A stretch of DNA of 20,721 bases from positions 1-20,721 of the forward strand of contig JBNJDT010000024.1 of assembly GCA_051745145.1 (NCBI GenBank). Direction: 5' to 3'. Source of the DNA: Elusimicrobiota bacterium (GTDB lineage: Bacteria; CG03; SLGR01; JAGXOG01). The notes under the pieces are model-generated. The model was not told the origin of the DNA. It was given only the letters and a program-made list of their open reading frames with translations, and did no database searches. Of this stretch, positions 18,313-20,721 are shown in pieces (within the stretch, counting starts at the first letter, position 1; each line of letters starts with the position of its first letter). The translations under genes were made by a program, and so were the position numbers.

Positions 18313-19206
18313 ATGTACCTCCCGGAAATCCTTGAAATTGTCTTAAAGTTATTTACCCCCGTTTTGATAGGAGTGGCTTTTAAATACAGAGCGAAAGATA
18401 GAGCCGAGCCGTTTATCGGAATGTTGACCGATATTTTCTGGTATGCAATAGTTCCGCTATTTGTCCTGTTTTCGCTGTGGGAGGTTAAAATATCCGGAGA
18501 AGCGTCTTTTCTGATTGTCGGCGGTGCACTGTTTGTTATAGGGTTTTCCGCTTTTTTGGCCTACGTATATAACAGAATTTTCAAGGTCGGCTTTAAAGAT
18601 ATTGTCGTCCCGGTGAGCTTTATGAATTCCGGATATTTGGGTCTGGCGGTAAGTAAACTGGTTCTGGGGGACTGGTATACGGCGATGATGTCGGTTTTTA
18701 ATATTATTGTGGCTGTACTAATATTTACTGTAGGCCTGGGTATAATAGGGGGGAAGAAAGTTTTAAAAGTATTTTACGGTATTCCGGTAATTTACGCTCT
18801 GCTGGCCGGTGTTATATTAAATTACTATAATATTAAAATACCCCCATTTTTTCGAAGCTCCGTCAATAATTTTAATAATATTACTCCGTATCTCATGCTG
18901 GGTCTGGTGGGGATGAGGCTGGAAATTAAAACCCTTGAAAGAATAAAGCTGGCCTCCGGCTGTGCTCTCTTAAGACTGGGGGGAGGGCTAATCGCCGGAT
19001 TTGTGTATATTTTTATAGTAAATCCCGGTCCGAAGGTAGTAAAATTAATAATTCTGGCTTCCAGTTTGCCTTCGGCGGTGAACTCCTTTTTATTAACCGA
19101 GAAATACGGAAAAGATCCGGCATTGAGTTCGGCAATAGTTACCGTCTCAACTCTACTGTATGTATTCTTTTTTCCGCTGCTTTATATGGTGCTGGTTTTT
19201 ATATGA
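18313..19206 (+). CDS. AEC (auxin efflux carrier / malate permease) family transporter
   Basis: About 10 TM segments; FMNSGYLGLAV, PVIYALLAG, PSAVNSFLLTEKYG...STLL signatures. Confidence 0.88.
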   Translation: MYLPEILEIVLKLFTPVLIGVAFKYRAKDRAEPFIGMLTDIFWYAIVPLFVLFSLWEVKISGEASFLIVGGALFVIGFSAFLAYVYNRIFKVGFKDIVVPVSFMNSGYLGLAVSKLVLGDWYTAMMSVFNIIVAVLIFTVGLGIIGGKKVLKVFYGIPVIYALLAGVILNYYNIKIPPFFRSSVNNFNNITPYLMLGLVGMRLEIKTLERIKLASGCALLRLGGGLIAGFVYIFIVNPGPKVVKLIILASSLPSAVNSFLLTEKYGKDPALSSAIVTVSTLLYVFFFPLLYMVLVFI

Positions 19207-19248
19207 GGAATAGATAAAATAGATATTGAAGAAGGTTTAATTCAGGGG

Positions 19249-19905
19249 TTAAATTTTCTTTTTTACCACCAGAGAATCAAACCTGTCTCCGGCATTTTCA
19301 ACGACATCGGCAATACTTCCGGTCTGTTTAAAAAATTTATTTAAATGCATTTTATTTTCAAGTTCAAGATCAGAGTTATTAAATATATTCTCGATTATTT
19401 TGTTTTCAATCATATCGGCTTCTTCTTCAAGTTCGTTTACTTCTTTTATTTTAGCACTGATTTTTGAGTAATCGGTAAAGAAATATTTTACTGCCTCTTC
19501 CAAGGGTTTGAGCGTAGAATATATTTTATGGAGAAGTTTAATAAAATCGTCCTGAATATTTTCGGGTATTTGGGGTCTTTGAATAATTAAAAAATCGTTT
19601 GACGATTCAATGCGGTCTGCAATCTTATCCTGTTTGGCCAGGTAGTTTATCAAATCTTCCCGTAATGTGGGGAGAACAGCGCTTTTGTGTAGATACTGTA
19701 TAATTTCCCGCCTTTTACCGTCAGCTTCTCCCTCAGCATCGTGGGTCTTAAAAGAATGCTGCCTGGAGATTTCATAGCTTTCTTTAAAATAAGCTTCAAC
19801 AGAATCAATATAGTGGGATAGAGTTTTATCAACCAGTTCCATGTGCTGTAAAAACATGCTTTTAATGTTTTCTTTTTTCTTTTTAGTTTTTCGTCCAAAA
19901 ATCAT
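19249..19905 (-). CDS. DUF47 / TIGR00153 PhoU-related phosphate transport regulator
   Basis: Duplicated motifs EGEADGKRREI...LPTLREDL...QDKIAD and LEEEADMIE...IADVVENAGD; ATGA overlap with ndk. Confidence 0.88.
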   Translation of the reverse strand: MIFGRKTKKKKENIKSMFLQHMELVDKTLSHYIDSVEAYFKESYEISRQHSFKTHDAEGEADGKRREIIQYLHKSAVLPTLREDLINYLAKQDKIADRIESSNDFLIIQRPQIPENIQDDFIKLLHKIYSTLKPLEEAVKYFFTDYSKISAKIKEVNELEEEADMIENKIIENIFNNSDLELENKMHLNKFFKQTGSIADVVENAGDRFDSLVVKKKI

Positions 19906-20423
19906 ATTTCAACCTCAGTGTAGGGATTTTTCCATTTCAAGGTGCCGTTCTTTTTCACTTCGTAAATTTTATCTACGATTTCAGAAGGGTCAAACCAGAG
20001 TTTTATTTCCCGCTCGGCTTCGGCTTCATTGCCCGATGAGTGAATAACATTTTCATAAACTCCTTTAGTTGTAATTCTTCCGTAAGCCCCCCGTATGGTA
20101 GTGGGGTTGGCTTTTTCCGGATTTGTGGCACCGGCTAATTCTCTGACTTTAGATATGGCATTTTCGCCTTTATAGACTAAAAGCAAAACTCTCTGGTAGT
20201 TTTCTCCGTGGATGTTGCCCATTATATAATTTTTAAGCTCGTCGAAAAAAGGTTCGTCTTTAAGATGCTGGTAATGGGCTTCGGCCAGTTCTTCCGTAAC
20301 CCGGACCACTTTAGCACCAACTATTCGAAGCTTTGTTTCCGAAAGCTTGGTCAGAATATTACCCGTTAAAGATTTTTTCAGCCCGTCGGGTTTAATTATT
20401 ACTAGTGTTTGTTTTTCGCTCAT
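19902..20423 (-). CDS. ndk: Nucleoside diphosphate kinase (173 aa from ATG 20423)
   Basis: QTLVIIKPDG, AEAHY...PFF, GATNPEKANPTTIRG, ENVIHSS (catalytic His), EREIKLWF. ATG 20423 is preferred over TTG 20447. Confidence 0.95.
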   Translation of the reverse strand: MSEKQTLVIIKPDGLKKSLTGNILTKLSETKLRIVGAKVVRVTEELAEAHYQHLKDEPFFDELKNYIMGNIHGENYQRVLLLVYKGENAISKVRELAGATNPEKANPTTIRGAYGRITTKGVYENVIHSSGNEAEAEREIKLWFDPSEIVDKIYEVKKNGTLKWKNPYTEVEI

Positions 20424-20437
20424 AATTTGATTAAATA

Positions 20438-20501
20438 AATTTAACAAATAAATAAACTAATTGTCAAGATACTTGACTTTAATTATTCGAATTAATATCA
20501 T
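20438..20501. promoter_or_regulatory. Back-to-back divergent sigma70 promoters (ndk and the rightward ORF)
   Basis: Plus: TTGACT (20473-20478), 17 bp, TATCAT (20496-20501). Minus: TTGACA (20467-20462), 18 bp, TGn-TAAATT (20443-20438). Confidence 0.55.
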
Positions 20502-20509
20502 AATTTATT

Positions 20510-20721
20510 ATGGATAAAAAGATAATAAAAAAGATAGAGAAAGCGGAAAAAACAGCCGAAAAGAAAATAAGCGACGCCAGGTCGGAAGCCAGAAAAAAAG
20601 TTAAAGAGTTTCGGAGCACGTTAAACAGTAAGTGGGAAGAAGTGGATGAAGAGTTAAAAAAAGAAAAGATAAAAGTTCAAGAAAAATATGCTCAGGAATC
20701 TGACCGCGAAATTCAAAAACT
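20510..20721 (+). CDS. Partial coiled-coil ORF, probably V/A-type ATP synthase peripheral stalk subunit (G/H)
   Basis: Manual translation MDKKIIKKIEKAEKTAEKKISDARSEARKKVKEF..., open to the window edge; the I-x-x-I-x-x-AE-x-x-A-x-x-x-I-x-x-A-x-x-EA pattern is typical of that subunit. Downstream genes are not visible. Confidence 0.55.
   Translation, partial: MDKKIIKKIEKAEKTAEKKISDARSEARKKVKEFRSTLNSKWEEVDEELKKEKIKVQEKYAQESDREIQK

Noticed and set aside
19650..20047. Alternative-frame ORFs 19650-19898 (-) and 19841-20047 (+)
   Set aside because: They overlap well-supported DUF47 and ndk genes and have no motifs.

Overview
AT-rich bacterial chromosome replication-origin region from a diderm organism (LpxH, long YidC); the lineage cannot be fixed from sequence alone. 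Left arm (minus strand): dnaA-[oriC]-dnaN-recF-dciA-gyrB (gyrB truncated by the window edge). Right arm (plus strand): rnpA-yidD-yidC-jag-mnmE-TIM-barrel isomerase/epimerase-patatin-rsmG-parA-parB-membrane protein-805 aa acidic repeat membrane protein-lpxH-AEC transporter. These are followed by a convergent ndk-DUF47 pair and the start of a divergent ORF, probably a V/A-type ATPase stalk subunit. I found no RNA genes, CRISPR arrays or mobile elements. Most of the window is housekeeping. The departures worth checking are: (1) a large acidic, repeat-rich, single-pass membrane protein plus a parB-coupled membrane protein beside parAB/parS, a candidate origin-anchoring or polar-hub system; (2) rsmG has no canonical start codon for its conserved N-terminus, possibly AUU initiation; (3) rpmH and mnmG are missing from their usual slots; (4) nearly the same 15-bp palindrome sits at both divergent promoters; (5) oriC is built from TTAACA-type DnaA boxes; (6) CCGG is strongly over-represented. 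Product calls rest on motifs and synteny recognised by eye; no searches were run.
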